DNA from: Prochlorococcus sp. MIT 0801
GTDB taxonomy: Bacteria; Cyanobacteriota; Cyanobacteriia; PCC-6307; Cyanobiaceae
Reading direction: 5' to 3'
NCBI RefSeq assembly: GCF_000757865.1
Contig: NZ_CP007754.1
Coordinates: 1,650,001 to 1,682,000, forward strand
Length of the DNA stretch: 32,000 bases
In this document: in pieces, positions 1 to 11,304 of the stretch
Layout: every line of letters begins with the position of its first letter
Numbering within the stretch: the stretch's first letter is position 1
Position numbers and translations under genes: made by a program
The notes under the pieces: model-generated
What the model saw: only the letters and a program-made list of their open reading frames with translations
Told to the model about the DNA's origin: nothing
Database searches by the model: none

Positions 1-1
1 G

Positions 2-2452
2 AAGTTATCTAATTTATCTATAGAGATTGCTCAAGATAATGTTAAGAAAGCAATGGAAGATGGATTAAGAAAAATACTTTCGAAGATAGGAATCTCAGTA
101 TTAGCAAGTTATCACGGAGCACAAATCTTTGAAGCTATAGGTATCGGTGCAGATTTAATTGATTTAGCTTTCAAGGGAACAACAAGTCGTATAGCAGGTC
201 TAACTCTGAGCGAATTATCAATCGAAACAATTTCATTTCATAAAAAAGCTTTCCCCGAACTGGAGCAAAAAAAACTTGATTTTAATGGATTCGTTCAATA
301 TCGAAATAGCGGAGAATTTCATTTAAATAATCCAGAAATGTCAAAAATTCTTCATGCTGCAGTGAAAGCTGGGCCTGAATATGACCACTTCAAAACTTAT
401 CAACAACTTCTAGAAAATCGTCCCGCTACTACCCTCAGAGATCTCCTTACATTCAAAACAGCTACCCAGCCTTTACCTCTTGATCAAATAGAGAGTGTTG
501 AGAGTATTTGTCAAAGATTTTGCACCGGTGGAATGAGCCTAGGTGCCCTATCTAGGGAAGCGCATGAAGTTCTTGCAATAGCAATGAATAGGATTGGAGG
601 CAAAAGTAATAGTGGTGAAGGAGGTGAGGATCCTGCAAGATACAATATCCTCGAGGATGTTGATGAAAATAATCAATCAAAAACATTGCCTAATCTCAAA
701 GGACTTTTAAATGGAGATACAGCATGTTCTGCAATTAAACAAATTGCCTCTGGCCGATTTGGTGTAACCCCTGAATATTTAACTAGCGGCAAGCAATTAG
801 AAATCAAAGTAGCTCAAGGTGCAAAGCCTGGAGAAGGAGGACAATTACCTGGGCCAAAGGTTGATGAATACATAGCAAGGCTTCGTAATAGCAAGCCAGG
901 AGTAGCTCTTATTTCTCCTCCTCCTCATCATGATATCTATTCCATAGAGGATCTTGCCCAACTTATTCATGACCTACATCAAATAAATCCAACTGCAAAA
1001 GTTAGTGTGAAATTAGTTGCTGAGATAGGGATTGGCACAATTGCAGGAGGAGTAGCTAAAGCCAATGCTGATGTCATCCAAATCTCAGGACATGATGGCG
1101 GTACGGGCGCATCTCCACTTAGTTCAATCAAACATGCTGGTTTGCCATGGGAACTTGGATTAACGGAAGTTCATCGCTCTTTATTAGAAAATGGTCTTCG
1201 CGAAAGGGTTTTATTAAGAGCAGATGGAGGTCTAAAGACAGGCTGGGATGTGGTCATAGCAGCTTTACTTGGAGCAGAAGAATATGGCTTTGGAACAGTC
1301 GCAATGATTGCAGAAGGTTGCATAATGGCGAGGATTTGCCACACAAACAAATGTCCAGTCGGTGTAGCAACTCAGCAAGAAGGCTTAAGAAAAAGATTCC
1401 CTGGATTACCAGAACATGTCGTTAACTTTTTCATCTTCGTAGCTGAGGAAGTCAGACAATTGATGAGTCAAGTTGGAGTAGCAAAAGTCGAGGATCTAAT
1501 TGGAAGAACAGATCTATTAATTCCACGGAATATAGACTTAACAAAAACAAAAGAAGTTGACCTATCTAGCCTTCTCAAACCTATAGATAACCCAGCAGAT
1601 CGTTCATGGTTAAGCCACGAAATTAGAGCTCATAGCAATGGAGAAGTTCTTGAAAATGCCTTACTGAAAGTTGAAGAAATTTCTAATGCAATTCAAACTC
1701 AGGGAAGTATCACTAAAGAAATTCCTATTGTTAATACAGATAGAAGTGTTTGTGCACGAATCTCTGGAGAGATAGCTAAAAAATATGGAAATAAAGGTTT
1801 TAATGGGAATTTAAATTTGATATTTAAAGGTTCAGCCGGCCAAAGTTTTGGTGCATTTATATTAAAAGGAATGAATATATCTTTAATAGGAGAAGCTAAT
1901 GATTATGTAGGAAAAGGAATTAACGGAGGTTCCATTACGATTGTTCCCAAAATTATTAATGACACATCTAACACTCAGGTAATACTTGGTAACACATGTC
2001 TATATGGAGCAACTGGTGGTAAATTATTTGCCCTTGGAATAGCAGGTGAGCGTTTTGGTGTTCGCAATAGTGGAGCTCATGCTGTTATTGAAGGAGCGGG
2101 TGACCATTGTTGCGAATATATGACTGGAGGGGTAGTTGTTGTTCTCGGAAAAACTGGAAGAAACATAGGAGCAGGAATGACAGGGGGCATAGCTTTTATT
2201 CTTGACAAAAAAAATGAACTTGACTTAAGAATAAATAAAGAAATTGTTGAGGTCCATCCTCTAACTGCAACTAACCAAGAACAATTCTTAAAAGACTTAA
2301 TTTTTGAATATCATCAAAAAACAAAAAGTCCCATAGCACAAAAGATTCTCTCAGACTGGTCTTCATGGAAGGAATTATTTAAAGCAATAGTTCCTCCAAG
2401 CGAAAAAAGTAAACTAGGTATTGAGGAAGTACTGGAGAAAGCTACAATCTAG
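2..2452 (+). CDS. glsF: Ferredoxin-dependent glutamate synthase (Fd-GOGAT), C-terminal 816 codons; the 5' end lies upstream of the window
   Basis: The frame is open from nt 2, with no stop before the first ATG at 53. FMN-domain and Fe-S motifs are present: [73 protein letters not shown]. The C-terminal GXGXXG-rich beta-helix domain is also present ([22 protein letters not shown]). Confidence 0.95.
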   Translation, partial: KLSNLSIEIAQDNVKKAMEDGLRKILSKIGISVLASYHGAQIFEAIGIGADLIDLAFKGTTSRIAGLTLSELSIETISFHKKAFPELEQKKLDFNGFVQYRNSGEFHLNNPEMSKILHAAVKAGPEYDHFKTYQQLLENRPATTLRDLLTFKTATQPLPLDQIESVESICQRFCTGGMSLGALSREAHEVLAIAMNRIGGKSNSGEGGEDPARYNILEDVDENNQSKTLPNLKGLLNGDTACSAIKQIASGRFGVTPEYLTSGKQLEIKVAQGAKPGEGGQLPGPKVDEYIARLRNSKPGVALISPPPHHDIYSIEDLAQLIHDLHQINPTAKVSVKLVAEIGIGTIAGGVAKANADVIQISGHDGGTGASPLSSIKHAGLPWELGLTEVHRSLLENGLRERVLLRADGGLKTGWDVVIAALLGAEEYGFGTVAMIAEGCIMARICHTNKCPVGVATQQEGLRKRFPGLPEHVVNFFIFVAEEVRQLMSQVGVAKVEDLIGRTDLLIPRNIDLTKTKEVDLSSLLKPIDNPADRSWLSHEIRAHSNGEVLENALLKVEEISNAIQTQGSITKEIPIVNTDRSVCARISGEIAKKYGNKGFNGNLNLIFKGSAGQSFGAFILKGMNISLIGEANDYVGKGINGGSITIVPKIINDTSNTQVILGNTCLYGATGGKLFALGIAGERFGVRNSGAHAVIEGAGDHCCEYMTGGVVVVLGKTGRNIGAGMTGGIAFILDKKNELDLRINKEIVEVHPLTATNQEQFLKDLIFEYHQKTKSPIAQKILSDWSSWKELFKAIVPPSEKSKLGIEEVLEKATI

Positions 2453-2462
2453 ATAGATAAAA

Positions 2463-2789
2463 ATGCCTATATTTATTAAGACAGAGAAGTTTAAAGATAA
2501 AACTTTAAAATTATCTAACAGTGAAAGGAAAAAAGTCTTATTAATGCATAAAGAATGGGTCGAAGAAGTTAGCAGATCTGGCCAATACATTCATAGCGGA
2601 TATTTAATCAATGAAGAAAAAAGACCAGGAGGAGGCGGTTTATTAATTTTTGAAGCGAAGGATTATTTGACAGCAAAAAAAATAATCGGGAATGATCCAA
2701 TGATTAAACATGAATTAGTTATTTGGGATCTTCAAGAATGGATATCTATTGATGGAAGTCAACCAAAGTTTTCAAATCATCTTGGATGA
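2463..2789 (+). CDS. YciI-like small protein (108 aa)
   Basis: The size and the C-terminal pattern ([23 protein letters not shown]) resemble the YciI family fold signature (DPF...W). The assignment is from memory only. The 3' end overlaps convergent lipA by 13 nt. Confidence 0.55.
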   Translation: MPIFIKTEKFKDKTLKLSNSERKKVLLMHKEWVEEVSRSGQYIHSGYLINEEKRPGGGGLLIFEAKDYLTAKKIIGNDPMIKHELVIWDLQEWISIDGSQPKFSNHLG

Positions 2790-3646
2790 GACATCATTAA
2801 CTTTTTCACTTCTCCAGCGTGATAACTACTTCTAGTTAATGGTGAACTAATCACCTGTAAAAATCCTAATTTATTCTCTCCCTCAATACGGTAACTATCA
2901 AATTGCGAAGGAGATACAAATCTATTAACAGGTAAATGTTTTGGTCCTGGTGATAAATATTGCCCAATAGTTACTATATCAACTTTATTTAAATGGAGAT
3001 CACTTAGAACACTCAAAATCTCATCATCTGTCTCCCCTAATCCAGCCATTAAGCCTGATTTTGTATAGACTCTTGGCCAACCTTCCCGAACTCTTTTTAA
3101 TAATTCTAAAGACCTTTCATATTTCCCTTGAGGTCTAACTCTTGGATATAGTCTCGGAACTGTCTCGATATTGTGATTAAGGACATTTGGAGCAGCATCC
3201 AAGATAACTTTCAAAGCATCCCAATTTCCGCAAAGATCTGGGATCAAGACTTCAATAGAGGTAAAAGGAGATTTACTTTGAACAGCCTTAATACATTTCA
3301 AAAATTGACTAGCGCCTCCATCTTCTAAATCATCACGATTAACGGAAGTTATTACGACATGCGTTAAGCCCATTCTGTAAACAGCTTCTCCTAAACGATC
3401 AGGTTCTGATGGGTCTAAAAGCCTTTTTGAATTATCAAATGAAATATCGCAATAAGGACATTTTCTCGTGCAAGCAGGTCCCATTATTAAGAAAGTAGCA
3501 GTACCTCCTGCAAAGCACTCTCCAATATTCGGACAACTTGCTTCCTGACAAACTGTATTGAGTTTTAAATCAACTAATAGATCAGCAACATTGCCAATCC
3601 TCTCTTGCTGTGGTGCTTTAACACGAAGCCAGTCTGGTTTAAGCAA
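2777..3646 (-). CDS. lipA: Lipoyl synthase (radical SAM)
   Basis: Both LipA cysteine clusters are present: [12 protein letters not shown] (auxiliary cluster) and CTRKCPYC (radical-SAM CxxxCxxC). The N-terminus [10 protein letters not shown] is typical. The start is TTG; no ATG or GTG is available upstream before a stop. Confidence 0.95.
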   Translation of the reverse strand: MLKPDWLRVKAPQQERIGNVADLLVDLKLNTVCQEASCPNIGECFAGGTATFLIMGPACTRKCPYCDISFDNSKRLLDPSEPDRLGEAVYRMGLTHVVITSVNRDDLEDGGASQFLKCIKAVQSKSPFTSIEVLIPDLCGNWDALKVILDAAPNVLNHNIETVPRLYPRVRPQGKYERSLELLKRVREGWPRVYTKSGLMAGLGETDDEILSVLSDLHLNKVDIVTIGQYLSPGPKHLPVNRFVSPSQFDSYRIEGENKLGFLQVISSPLTRSSYHAGEVKKLMMSHPR

Positions 3647-3784
3647 AGCTATTTTAATAACAAACTAACTTTAGAAAGAATTTCCAGATTGACTTGATTT
3701 TTTAACCTCTTCTAAACTTGACAAGCAAAAATTAGTCTAAAAAAAAGTATTCGATTTTTTTAGTTAGAAGAAGTAAACAAAAAA

Positions 3785-5566
3785 TTAATTAGAAAAATAA
3801 CCTCTTGGCGTTAAAAATTTATTGTTTTTGATAACACTTTGACTATTACCAATAACCAAAATCGTAAGCATATCTACCCGATCAAATGGCAAAGTTTCCA
3901 AAGTATGTATTTCTATACTTTCCTCTGGCCTCCCAAGCTGCCGAGCAATAGCAACAGGCGTACTTGGGTTGCGACATTCAAGTAATAAATCAACAGTCTT
4001 TTTTAACTGCCAATCACGTTTTATTGATTTCGGGTTAAATATTGCAAGAACAAAGTCACCTATAGCTGCACTTTTTATTCTTTTCTCAATTTGATTCCAT
4101 GGAGTCAAAAGATCACTCAAAGAAATAGAACAAAAATCATGCATAAAAGGAGCTCCTAGTTTTGCAGCAGCCATTTGAAAAGAGCTAATGCCTGGATGCA
4201 CTTCAAATAAAGGTCTGGAATCAAGCCTTTCATTTAGCCAAAGATCAAGAGCCAATCCTGCCATGCCATAAATTCCACTGTCGCCAGAAGAAATAAGACC
4301 AACCTTTACTCCCTGTTTTGCAAGATCAAGAGCATGCTGACAACGATCTTTTTCAAAAGTTAATTTGGAATCAATTCGAATCTGATCATGACCTCGAATT
4401 GATTCCAAATAATTTAAGTAAGGACCATAACCGATCCAAACAGCACATCTAGTTAAAGCTTGGCGTGAGTCAGAAGTAAGCATTTTCAAGTCTCCAGGGC
4501 CACTACCAATCAGATGCAACTCTCCTTTATGAGGGGCAAAAGGGTTCTCAAGCTCAACCAATGCAATTGTTACGGCACCAGATTCCTCTTCCTTGGAATA
4601 ATAGATTTGTTTATTTTGTATTAACCTTCCTCGATGATCTCCTGCCAAAAGTGCTGCAGCTTCTGCGACTGAAGGAGTTCCCATTTCATTCAACACTACA
4701 TTTGAAGGAGTAGGCACGTTGACTTTTGAAAGTTCAAAGGCACTAAAAAAATAAATTGGCCATTCATGTGTTTTTGACAAACTCAATAATCCTATTTCAT
4801 CATTTTTTCTATCGATAGTTGCTAAACCAGAGATTGAAAGAAGTGATAAACCATTTTGATTAAAAGATTGATTAATAGCTCTTTGAATGACCTTTTCATC
4901 TGTATTTCTCTCACAGCCAATGCCAATGATTATTGTCGGGGGATGCCATGAACATTTATTCCTATTTTCTTGACCTATATAAAGATCGATATTTTCGAAA
5001 GAAATTGGATCATTTTTTTCTAAAAAAGAAAAATTGGAACAACCCTTTAATTGCTGCCACAATTTTGACCCTTTGGATTGAAAAACAATATTTTTTTGTT
5101 CTTTAGACTGACTAATCATTAACTTTCGCCAACCGACACCCCCCCCTCCTCTTTTCCAACCCCATCCTTCACCAAAACAATCCAAAGGGATTCTGCTTTC
5201 TGTGAATGAATCTGAAGTGCAAATCACTTCTGCTTCTAAAGCAGCTGCTAACTCACTAGCAAATCGATCTCCTCCTTGCTTATGTCCTCCTAAAAGAGTA
5301 ATAACATTTTTTGCTTTTGAATCCGTTACCAATATTGCTGGATCATTTTCTTTAGATCGAATAAAAGGAGCTATAAGCCTAACTACAGCGCCGATTGAAC
5401 CTACAAAAATTAATTTATTATTGCCCTGCCATTGATCTTTTAGAAAATCAATTGGTGAGGATTCAACTAAACCATCAATTTTTTTTTCTAAGGAAAGAGT
5501 TGAACCAACAGATATAAAAATTTGATCTACATGTTTTGATGCTTGTAATCTCTCAAGCAAAGGCAA
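3785..5566 (-). CDS. cobJ: CbiG / precorrin-3B (cobalt-factor III) C17-methyltransferase fusion, cobalamin biosynthesis
   Basis: The N-terminal and central parts are CbiG-like (IIIGIGCERNT). The C-terminal tetrapyrrole methylase domain shows LHLIGSGPGDLKMLT and ISSGDSGIYGMAG. The track start is TTG; the true start is probably further upstream (see findings). Confidence 0.85.
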   Translation of the reverse strand: MPLLERLQASKHVDQIFISVGSTLSLEKKIDGLVESSPIDFLKDQWQGNNKLIFVGSIGAVVRLIAPFIRSKENDPAILVTDSKAKNVITLLGGHKQGGDRFASELAAALEAEVICTSDSFTESRIPLDCFGEGWGWKRGGGGVGWRKLMISQSKEQKNIVFQSKGSKLWQQLKGCSNFSFLEKNDPISFENIDLYIGQENRNKCSWHPPTIIIGIGCERNTDEKVIQRAINQSFNQNGLSLLSISGLATIDRKNDEIGLLSLSKTHEWPIYFFSAFELSKVNVPTPSNVVLNEMGTPSVAEAAALLAGDHRGRLIQNKQIYYSKEEESGAVTIALVELENPFAPHKGELHLIGSGPGDLKMLTSDSRQALTRCAVWIGYGPYLNYLESIRGHDQIRIDSKLTFEKDRCQHALDLAKQGVKVGLISSGDSGIYGMAGLALDLWLNERLDSRPLFEVHPGISSFQMAAAKLGAPFMHDFCSISLSDLLTPWNQIEKRIKSAAIGDFVLAIFNPKSIKRDWQLKKTVDLLLECRNPSTPVAIARQLGRPEESIEIHTLETLPFDRVDMLTILVIGNSQSVIKNNKFLTPRGYFSN

Positions 5567-6082
5567 AGAGCTTAAAGAAAATCCAAATGCAATCCTTTTT
5601 GGGGTTTTAACTAATGTTTTTTCCAGAACGAGAGATAAAATAAATTTTTATTTATCTATATAAGGTAGCCTCTTTAAGAAAGCTTTAGTAAAAATCAAAC
5701 ATCAAAAACCGTGAAATAGTCTTTAAACAAATTTATTGAAATCAATAAAAAGCTCTTATCAAGAAATCAAATAGTATTTTTACCTAGCTATTAGCATCCA
5801 ATTAAACTTTGCAAAGCCAAGAAAGCCTTATATAACAACTTTTTTCCCTAATTCATATCTATAAGAAGTAAAGCCCCTAGGCCTAAAAAACTTTCTTGCC
5901 TGCACTCCACGAAAGACAAAGATTTACTAATTAAGAAAAACCGTGGATTCAATGACCTCTTAAGAATAAAAGTGTAGAACATTTGTTACATGCTTCCGTA
6001 GTAACTGACTGTCTACTTTATGCTTATCACATAACCCTTATATAGGTTTTCAAGTAACTTCAAAGGTAGGTCTTGAATGCCT

Positions 6083-6139
6083 GAAATCTTTCACCAAAGT
6101 AATTTCACTTCATAAGTAAAATTACTTGCTAAAGATTTC
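6083..6139 (+). promoter_or_regulatory. Long imperfect hairpin in the psaA 5' leader
   Basis: GAAATCTTT (6083-6091) pairs with AAAGATTTC (6131-6139). AAAGTAATTT (6096-6105) pairs with AAATTACTT (about 6118-6127). The hairpin ends about 60 nt before the psaA ATG. Confidence 0.4.
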
Positions 6140-6200
6140 ACCCTAGTCTTTCCAAGATTAGGCCCCCAAACCTCGATCACATTCCTAAAGGAATCACTCG

Positions 6201-8507
6201 ATGACCATTAGCCCACCAGAAAAAGAACAAAAAAAAGAACCGGTTCTCGATAAACCTATCGAAACTGATGCAATCCCTGTAGATTTTTCCAAGCTTGATA
6301 AGCCTGGTTTTTGGTCAAAATCCCTTGCTAAAGGGCCAAAGACTACTACATGGATATGGAATCTTCATGCTGATGCGCATGATTTTGATACTCATGTTGG
6401 AGATCTCCAAGAAACCAGTAGAAAAGTATTTTCTGCTCATTTTGGACATCTAGCAGTCATCTTTATTTGGATGAGTGCAGCTTTTTTCCATGGAGCTCGC
6501 TTTTCTAATTATTCTGGATGGCTCTCTGATCCAACTCATGTCAAGCCAGGAGCACAAGTTGTTTGGCCAATAGTTGGTCAGGAGATGCTTAATGCGGATT
6601 TAGGCGGTAATTATCACGGTATTCAGATCACTTCTGGAATTTTTCAGATGTGGAGAGGCTGGGGAATTACCAATGAAACCGAGCTCATGGCTTTAGCTAT
6701 TGGTGCACTACTAATGGCAGCCATAATGTTGCACGGTGGCATATATCACTATCACAAAGCTGCTCCCAAGCTTGATTGGTTTAGAAATCTCGAGTCTATG
6801 CTCAATCACCACATAGCTGGTCTAGTGGGATTGGGTTCGATTGCTTGGGCTGGACATTGCATTCACATTGGTGCACCTACAGCAGCACTCATGGATGCAA
6901 TTGATGCAGGAAAGCCTCTAATTATTGATGGAATTCCAATTGCTTCGATTGCGGACATGCCTCTACCCCACGAGCTTTGCAATCCTGCTATTGCTAGTCA
7001 AATATTCCCTGGCCTCGCTGGAAGAACAGTTGAAAATTTCTTTACGACTAATTGGTGGGCGTTTAGTGATTTCCTAACTTTCAAAGGTGGTCTAAATCCA
7101 GTTACTGGTAGCTTATGGATGACAGATATTTCTCATCATCATTTAGCTTTTGGAGTACTAGCTGTATTGGGCGGTCATCTATATAGAACAATGTTTGGCA
7201 TTGGCCATAGCCTGAAAGAAATATTAGATAATCATGCTGGAGATCCAATTCTTTTCCCTGCTCCAAATGGACATAAAGGGATTTATGAGTTTTTAGCTAA
7301 TAGTTGGCATGCTCAGCTTGGTTTAAACCTTGCAATGATTGGCTCCTTGAGTATCATCATTTCCCATCACATGTATGCGATGCCCCCATATCCATACTTG
7401 TCGATTGATTACCCAACTGTCCTAGGTCTATTTACACACCATATGTGGATAGGAGGGTTATTCATTGTTGGTGCAGCAGCTCATGCTGGTATTGCAATGA
7501 TTAGAGACTATGACCCGGCTGTTCATATTGATAACGTTCTAGATAGAATCTTGAAAGCAAGAGATGCATTAATTAGTCATCTGAATTGGGCTTGCATGTT
7601 CTTAGGTTTCCATAGTTTTGGTCTTTATATTCATAACGATGTAATGCGTGCATTAGGAAGACCTGCAGATATGTTCAGTGATACAGGAATCCAACTTCAA
7701 CCTGTTTTTGCTCAATGGATTCAAAATATTCATAATTCAGCAGCTGGTTCTACCACTCTTGCTGGTGCAAACGTAAACCTTCAACCTGGATTAGTTAGTG
7801 AAGTTTTTAATGGTTCAGTAAGTCAAGTTGGAGGAAAAATTGGCATCGCTCCTATACCTTTAGGAACTGCTGATTTCATGATTCACCATATCCATGCTTT
7901 TACTATCCACGTAACCCTTCTAATTCTTCTAAAGGGAGTTTTATTCGCAAGGAGCTCCAGACTAATTCCTGACAAAGCGAATCTTGGATTTAGATTCCCA
8001 TGTGATGGTCCAGGCAGAGGAGGTACATGCCAAGTTTCATCTTGGGATCATGTTTTCCTTGGATTGTTCTGGATGTATAACGGCTTGTCAGTAGTTATTT
8101 TCCACTTCTCATGGAAGATGCAAAGTGATGTATGGGGTCTTACAGGAGGCAACTTCGCGCAAAGTTCCATAACTATCAATGGATGGCTTAGAGATTTCCT
8201 ATGGGCTCAGTCATCTCAGGTCCTAACAAGTTATGGTCAACCTATAAGCATGTACGGTTTGATGTTCTTAGGAGCTCACTTCGTTTGGGCATTCAGTCTT
8301 ATGTTCCTATTTAGTGGTCGTGGTTACTGGCAAGAGTTATTTGAGTCAATTATTTGGGCTCATAATAAACTTAAGTTGGCTCCAACTATCCAACCAAGAG
8401 CTTTGTCTATCACTCAAGGTCGTGCAGTAGGAGCAGCTCATTTCCTTCTAGGAGGAATTGCTACAACTTGGGCCTTCTTCCATGCTCGCTTAATCGGTCT
8501 CGGCTGA
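6201..8507 (+). CDS. psaA: Photosystem I P700 chlorophyll a apoprotein A1
   Basis: 768 aa, unmistakable PsaA. It has the FX cluster loop [19 protein letters not shown], 11-helix hydrophobic architecture and the [16 protein letters not shown] motif. Confidence 0.98.
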   Translation: MTISPPEKEQKKEPVLDKPIETDAIPVDFSKLDKPGFWSKSLAKGPKTTTWIWNLHADAHDFDTHVGDLQETSRKVFSAHFGHLAVIFIWMSAAFFHGARFSNYSGWLSDPTHVKPGAQVVWPIVGQEMLNADLGGNYHGIQITSGIFQMWRGWGITNETELMALAIGALLMAAIMLHGGIYHYHKAAPKLDWFRNLESMLNHHIAGLVGLGSIAWAGHCIHIGAPTAALMDAIDAGKPLIIDGIPIASIADMPLPHELCNPAIASQIFPGLAGRTVENFFTTNWWAFSDFLTFKGGLNPVTGSLWMTDISHHHLAFGVLAVLGGHLYRTMFGIGHSLKEILDNHAGDPILFPAPNGHKGIYEFLANSWHAQLGLNLAMIGSLSIIISHHMYAMPPYPYLSIDYPTVLGLFTHHMWIGGLFIVGAAAHAGIAMIRDYDPAVHIDNVLDRILKARDALISHLNWACMFLGFHSFGLYIHNDVMRALGRPADMFSDTGIQLQPVFAQWIQNIHNSAAGSTTLAGANVNLQPGLVSEVFNGSVSQVGGKIGIAPIPLGTADFMIHHIHAFTIHVTLLILLKGVLFARSSRLIPDKANLGFRFPCDGPGRGGTCQVSSWDHVFLGLFWMYNGLSVVIFHFSWKMQSDVWGLTGGNFAQSSITINGWLRDFLWAQSSQVLTSYGQPISMYGLMFLGAHFVWAFSLMFLFSGRGYWQELFESIIWAHNKLKLAPTIQPRALSITQGRAVGAAHFLLGGIATTWAFFHARLIGLG

Positions 8508-8528
8508 CCCTCTCTGATTTTTTATAAA

Positions 8529-10757
8529 ATGGCAACTAAATTTCCATCTTTTAGTCAGGGTCTTGCTCAAGACCCTACAACCAGGAGAATCTGGTACGGC
8601 ATAGCTACTGCCCATGATTTTGAAAGTCATGACGGCATGACTGAGGAGCAGTTATATCAAAAACTCTTCTCTACTCATTTTGGTCACTTAGCCATAATCG
8701 GTCTTTGGGTGGCTGGCAACCTTTTCCACATTGCTTGGCAAGGAAACTTTGAGCAATGGGTTCTCGATCCACTCCATACTCGTCCAATTGCTCATGCAAT
8801 TTGGGATCCACATTTTGGACAAGGGCTTACTGATGCCCTAACTCAAGCTGGAGCGACTTCTCCAGTCAATATTGCTTATTCAGGCTTATACCATTGGTGG
8901 TACACCATTGGCATGAGAACTAATGAGCAACTATTTCAAGGTGCGATCTTTATAAACATCCTTGTTTGTTGGTTATTGTTTGCAGGATGGCTGCATCTTC
9001 AACCTAAGTACAGACCATCATTAGCATGGTTCAAAAATGCTGAGTCTCAGTTAAATCATCATTTGGCTGTTCTTTTTGGATTCAGTAGCATTGCTTGGAC
9101 AGGTCACTTGATTCATGTAGCCATCCCTGAGTCAAGGGGTATACACGTTGGCTGGGAAAATTGGTTAACTGTTATGCCTCATCCAGAAGGTTTAACTCCT
9201 TTCTTCTCAGGAAATTGGGGAGCTTATGCTCAAAACCCTGATTCGATTGATGCAGTTTTCGGAACTTCTCAAGGTGCAGGAACAGCAATATTTACATTTC
9301 TTGGTGGTCTTCATCCTCAAAGTGAATCACTTTGGCTAACAGATATTGCTCATCATCATTTAGCGATAGGAGTTGTGTTTATAATTGCTGGACATATGTA
9401 TAGGACTAACTTTGGCATAGGTCATAGTCTCAAGGAAATCATTGAAGCGCACAATACAAGTCACCCAAAAGATCCACATAGAGGTTATTTCGGGATAAAG
9501 CACAACGGTCTTTTCGAGACAGTTAACAATTCACTCCATTTTCAGCTTGGGCTAGCACTTGCTTCTCTTGGAGTGGCTTGCAGCTTAGTGGCTCAGCATA
9601 TGGGTGCATTACCTTCATATGCATTTATCGCAAGGGATTACACAACTCAGTCCGCTCTATATACCCATCATCAATACATAGCAATGTTCTTGATGGTTGG
9701 TGCGTTCTCTCACGGAGCAATTTTCTTTGTCAGAGATTATGATCCAGAGCTTAATAAAGACAATGTTCTAGCAAGAATCCTTAGTACAAAAGAAGCCTTA
9801 ATTAGCCACTTAAGTTGGGTAACAATGCTTCTAGGCTTCCATACTCTTGGAATTTATGTTCACAACGATGTAGTTGTAGCCTTTGGTACACCTGAAAAGC
9901 AGATTCTTATAGAACCAGTATTTGCACAGTTCGCACAGGCTGCTAGTGGAAAAATGATGTATGGATTTAATGCTTTGCTAGCAAATGCATCAAGTTCTGC
10001 ATCTATAGCTGCTAACTCCATGCCAGGTAATCACTACTGGATGGACATGATCAATAGACCAGATGCACTAACCAATTTCTTACCTATTGGACCTGCGGAT
10101 TTCTTAGTTCACCATGCGATTGCACTAGGACTACATACAACTGCTTTGATTCTTATAAAGGGTGCTCTTGATGCTAGAGGAACAAAACTAATTCCAGATA
10201 AAAAGGATTTAGGATTTGCTTTCCCATGTGATGGACCAGGTCGTGGAGGTACTTGTGATAGTTCTTCTTGGGACGCTACTTATTTAGCAATGTTCTGGGC
10301 CTTAAATACTATTGCTTGGATTACCTTCTATTGGCATTGGAAACATCTAGCAATTTGGATGGGTAATACCGCTCAATTCAATGAATCTGGTACGTATTTA
10401 ATGGGTTGGTTTAGAGATTATCTATGGCTAAATAGTTCTCAGCTAATCAATGGATATAACCCATTTGGTGTAAATGCTTTATCTCCATGGGCTTGGATGT
10501 TCTTATTTGGTCATCTCATTTGGGCGACTGGATTTATGTTCCTCATCTCTTGGAGAGGGTATTGGCAAGAACTTATCGAAACTCTTGTTTGGGCTCATCA
10601 AAGAACACCAATAGCTAATTTAGTTGGTTGGAGAGATAAGCCTGTTGCATTATCCATTGTCCAAGCACGATTAGTTGGTTTAACCCATTTCACAGTTGGA
10701 AACTTTGTAACCTTTGGTGCATTTGTTATCGCATCTACTTCAGGTAAGTTCGGATAA
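8529..10757 (+). CDS. psaB: Photosystem I P700 chlorophyll a apoprotein A2
   Basis: 742 aa, starting 21 nt after psaA. It has [36 protein letters not shown] and the FX loop [18 protein letters not shown]. Confidence 0.98.
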   Translation: MATKFPSFSQGLAQDPTTRRIWYGIATAHDFESHDGMTEEQLYQKLFSTHFGHLAIIGLWVAGNLFHIAWQGNFEQWVLDPLHTRPIAHAIWDPHFGQGLTDALTQAGATSPVNIAYSGLYHWWYTIGMRTNEQLFQGAIFINILVCWLLFAGWLHLQPKYRPSLAWFKNAESQLNHHLAVLFGFSSIAWTGHLIHVAIPESRGIHVGWENWLTVMPHPEGLTPFFSGNWGAYAQNPDSIDAVFGTSQGAGTAIFTFLGGLHPQSESLWLTDIAHHHLAIGVVFIIAGHMYRTNFGIGHSLKEIIEAHNTSHPKDPHRGYFGIKHNGLFETVNNSLHFQLGLALASLGVACSLVAQHMGALPSYAFIARDYTTQSALYTHHQYIAMFLMVGAFSHGAIFFVRDYDPELNKDNVLARILSTKEALISHLSWVTMLLGFHTLGIYVHNDVVVAFGTPEKQILIEPVFAQFAQAASGKMMYGFNALLANASSSASIAANSMPGNHYWMDMINRPDALTNFLPIGPADFLVHHAIALGLHTTALILIKGALDARGTKLIPDKKDLGFAFPCDGPGRGGTCDSSSWDATYLAMFWALNTIAWITFYWHWKHLAIWMGNTAQFNESGTYLMGWFRDYLWLNSSQLINGYNPFGVNALSPWAWMFLFGHLIWATGFMFLISWRGYWQELIETLVWAHQRTPIANLVGWRDKPVALSIVQARLVGLTHFTVGNFVTFGAFVIASTSGKFG

Positions 10758-10780
10758 ATCTATAACAAGCTTCCAATCAA

Positions 10781-10815
10781 AAGAACACTGTCTTCAAAAG
10801 CAGTGTTCTTTTTTT
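10781..10815 (+). terminator. Rho-independent terminator of psaAB
   Basis: The 10-bp stem AAGAACACTG / CAGTGTTCTT has a 10-nt loop and is followed by a T7-8 run, 24 nt after the psaB stop. Confidence 0.8.
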
Positions 10816-10854
10816 ATGGGTACTAATCTCATGTTTATTAGATTATCTATAAAA

Positions 10855-11031
10855 ACTCTTGTTTGGGCTCATCAAAGAACACCAATAGCTAATTTAGTTG
10901 GTTGGAGAGATAAGCCTGTTGCATTATCCATTGTCCAAGCACGATTAGTTGGTTTAACCCATTTCACAGTTGGAAACTTTGTAACCTTTGGTGCATTTGT
11001 TATCGCATCTACTTCAGGTAAGTTCGGATAA
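10855..11031 (+). pseudogene. Second copy of the last 58 codons plus stop of psaB (gene fragment)
   Basis: It encodes [58 protein letters not shown], identical to the PsaB C-terminus. It explains track ORF 10714..11031. Confidence 0.85.
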
Positions 11032-11054
11032 ATCTATAACAAGCTTCCAATCAA

Positions 11055-11089
11055 AAGAACACTGTCTTCAAAAGCAGTGTTCTTTTTTT
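11055..11089 (+). terminator. Duplicated copy of the psaB terminator hairpin
   Basis: Identical hairpin plus T-run, as part of the 246-bp repeat. Confidence 0.7.
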
Positions 11090-11252
11090 ATGGGTACTCA
11101 GATTTATGAGATTATGTATTGATATTTATCAGCAAAATAGATCCATTGAATATCATGAAATTAGGAGTAGAAAACAAAAAAACAAAATAAATGAATTTCA
11201 GTTCAAGCTTTTGAAAAATATCAGCCAATTGAAGTAAATAATTTAGAGAATT

Positions 11253-11280
11253 AAAAAGCCTCTAAGATAAGAGGCTTTTT
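11253..11280 (-). terminator. Terminator downstream of psaL (symmetrical, potentially bidirectional)
   Basis: AAAAAGCCTCT-aagat-AAGAGGCTTTTT: a GC-containing stem flanked by an A-run and a T-run, 25 nt past the psaL stop. Confidence 0.7.
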
Positions 11281-11304
11281 AATATAAGTTCTTCTAGAAA
11301 AGTT

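Larger units (their letters stand above)
10579..11098 (+). repeat. Perfect 246-bp direct duplication (10579-10824 = 10853-11098) of the psaB 3' end plus terminator, with a 28-nt spacer
   Basis: Base-by-base reading shows the same string at offset 274, running from AAACTCTTGTTTGGGCTCATC to TTTTTTTATGGGTACT. Confidence 0.95.

Noticed and set aside
1147-1425. 92-aa ORF in an alternative frame inside glsF
   Set aside because: It is fully nested in a strongly supported conserved CDS. Its Arg/Ser/Trp-rich composition is typical of off-frame translation.
5202-5435. 77-aa plus-strand ORF inside cobJ
   Set aside because: It is antisense and nested within the CbiG region of a well-supported gene, with no independent support.
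5974-5993. Possible HLR1 / RpaB box (GTAGAACATTTGTTACATGC) upstream of psaA
   Set aside because: Only the second half-site (GTTACAT) fits the (G/T)TTACA(T/A)(T/A) consensus. The first half-site is poor, and the ACAT cores are 9 nt apart rather than 10. That is too weak to call without a TSS or comparative data.
10714-11031. Track ORF of 105 aa downstream of psaB
   Set aside because: It is not an independent gene family. Its C-terminal 58 residues are simply the duplicated psaB tail, and its N-terminal part reads through the psaB end, 3' UTR and terminator in another frame. I reported it as a duplication or gene fragment instead.
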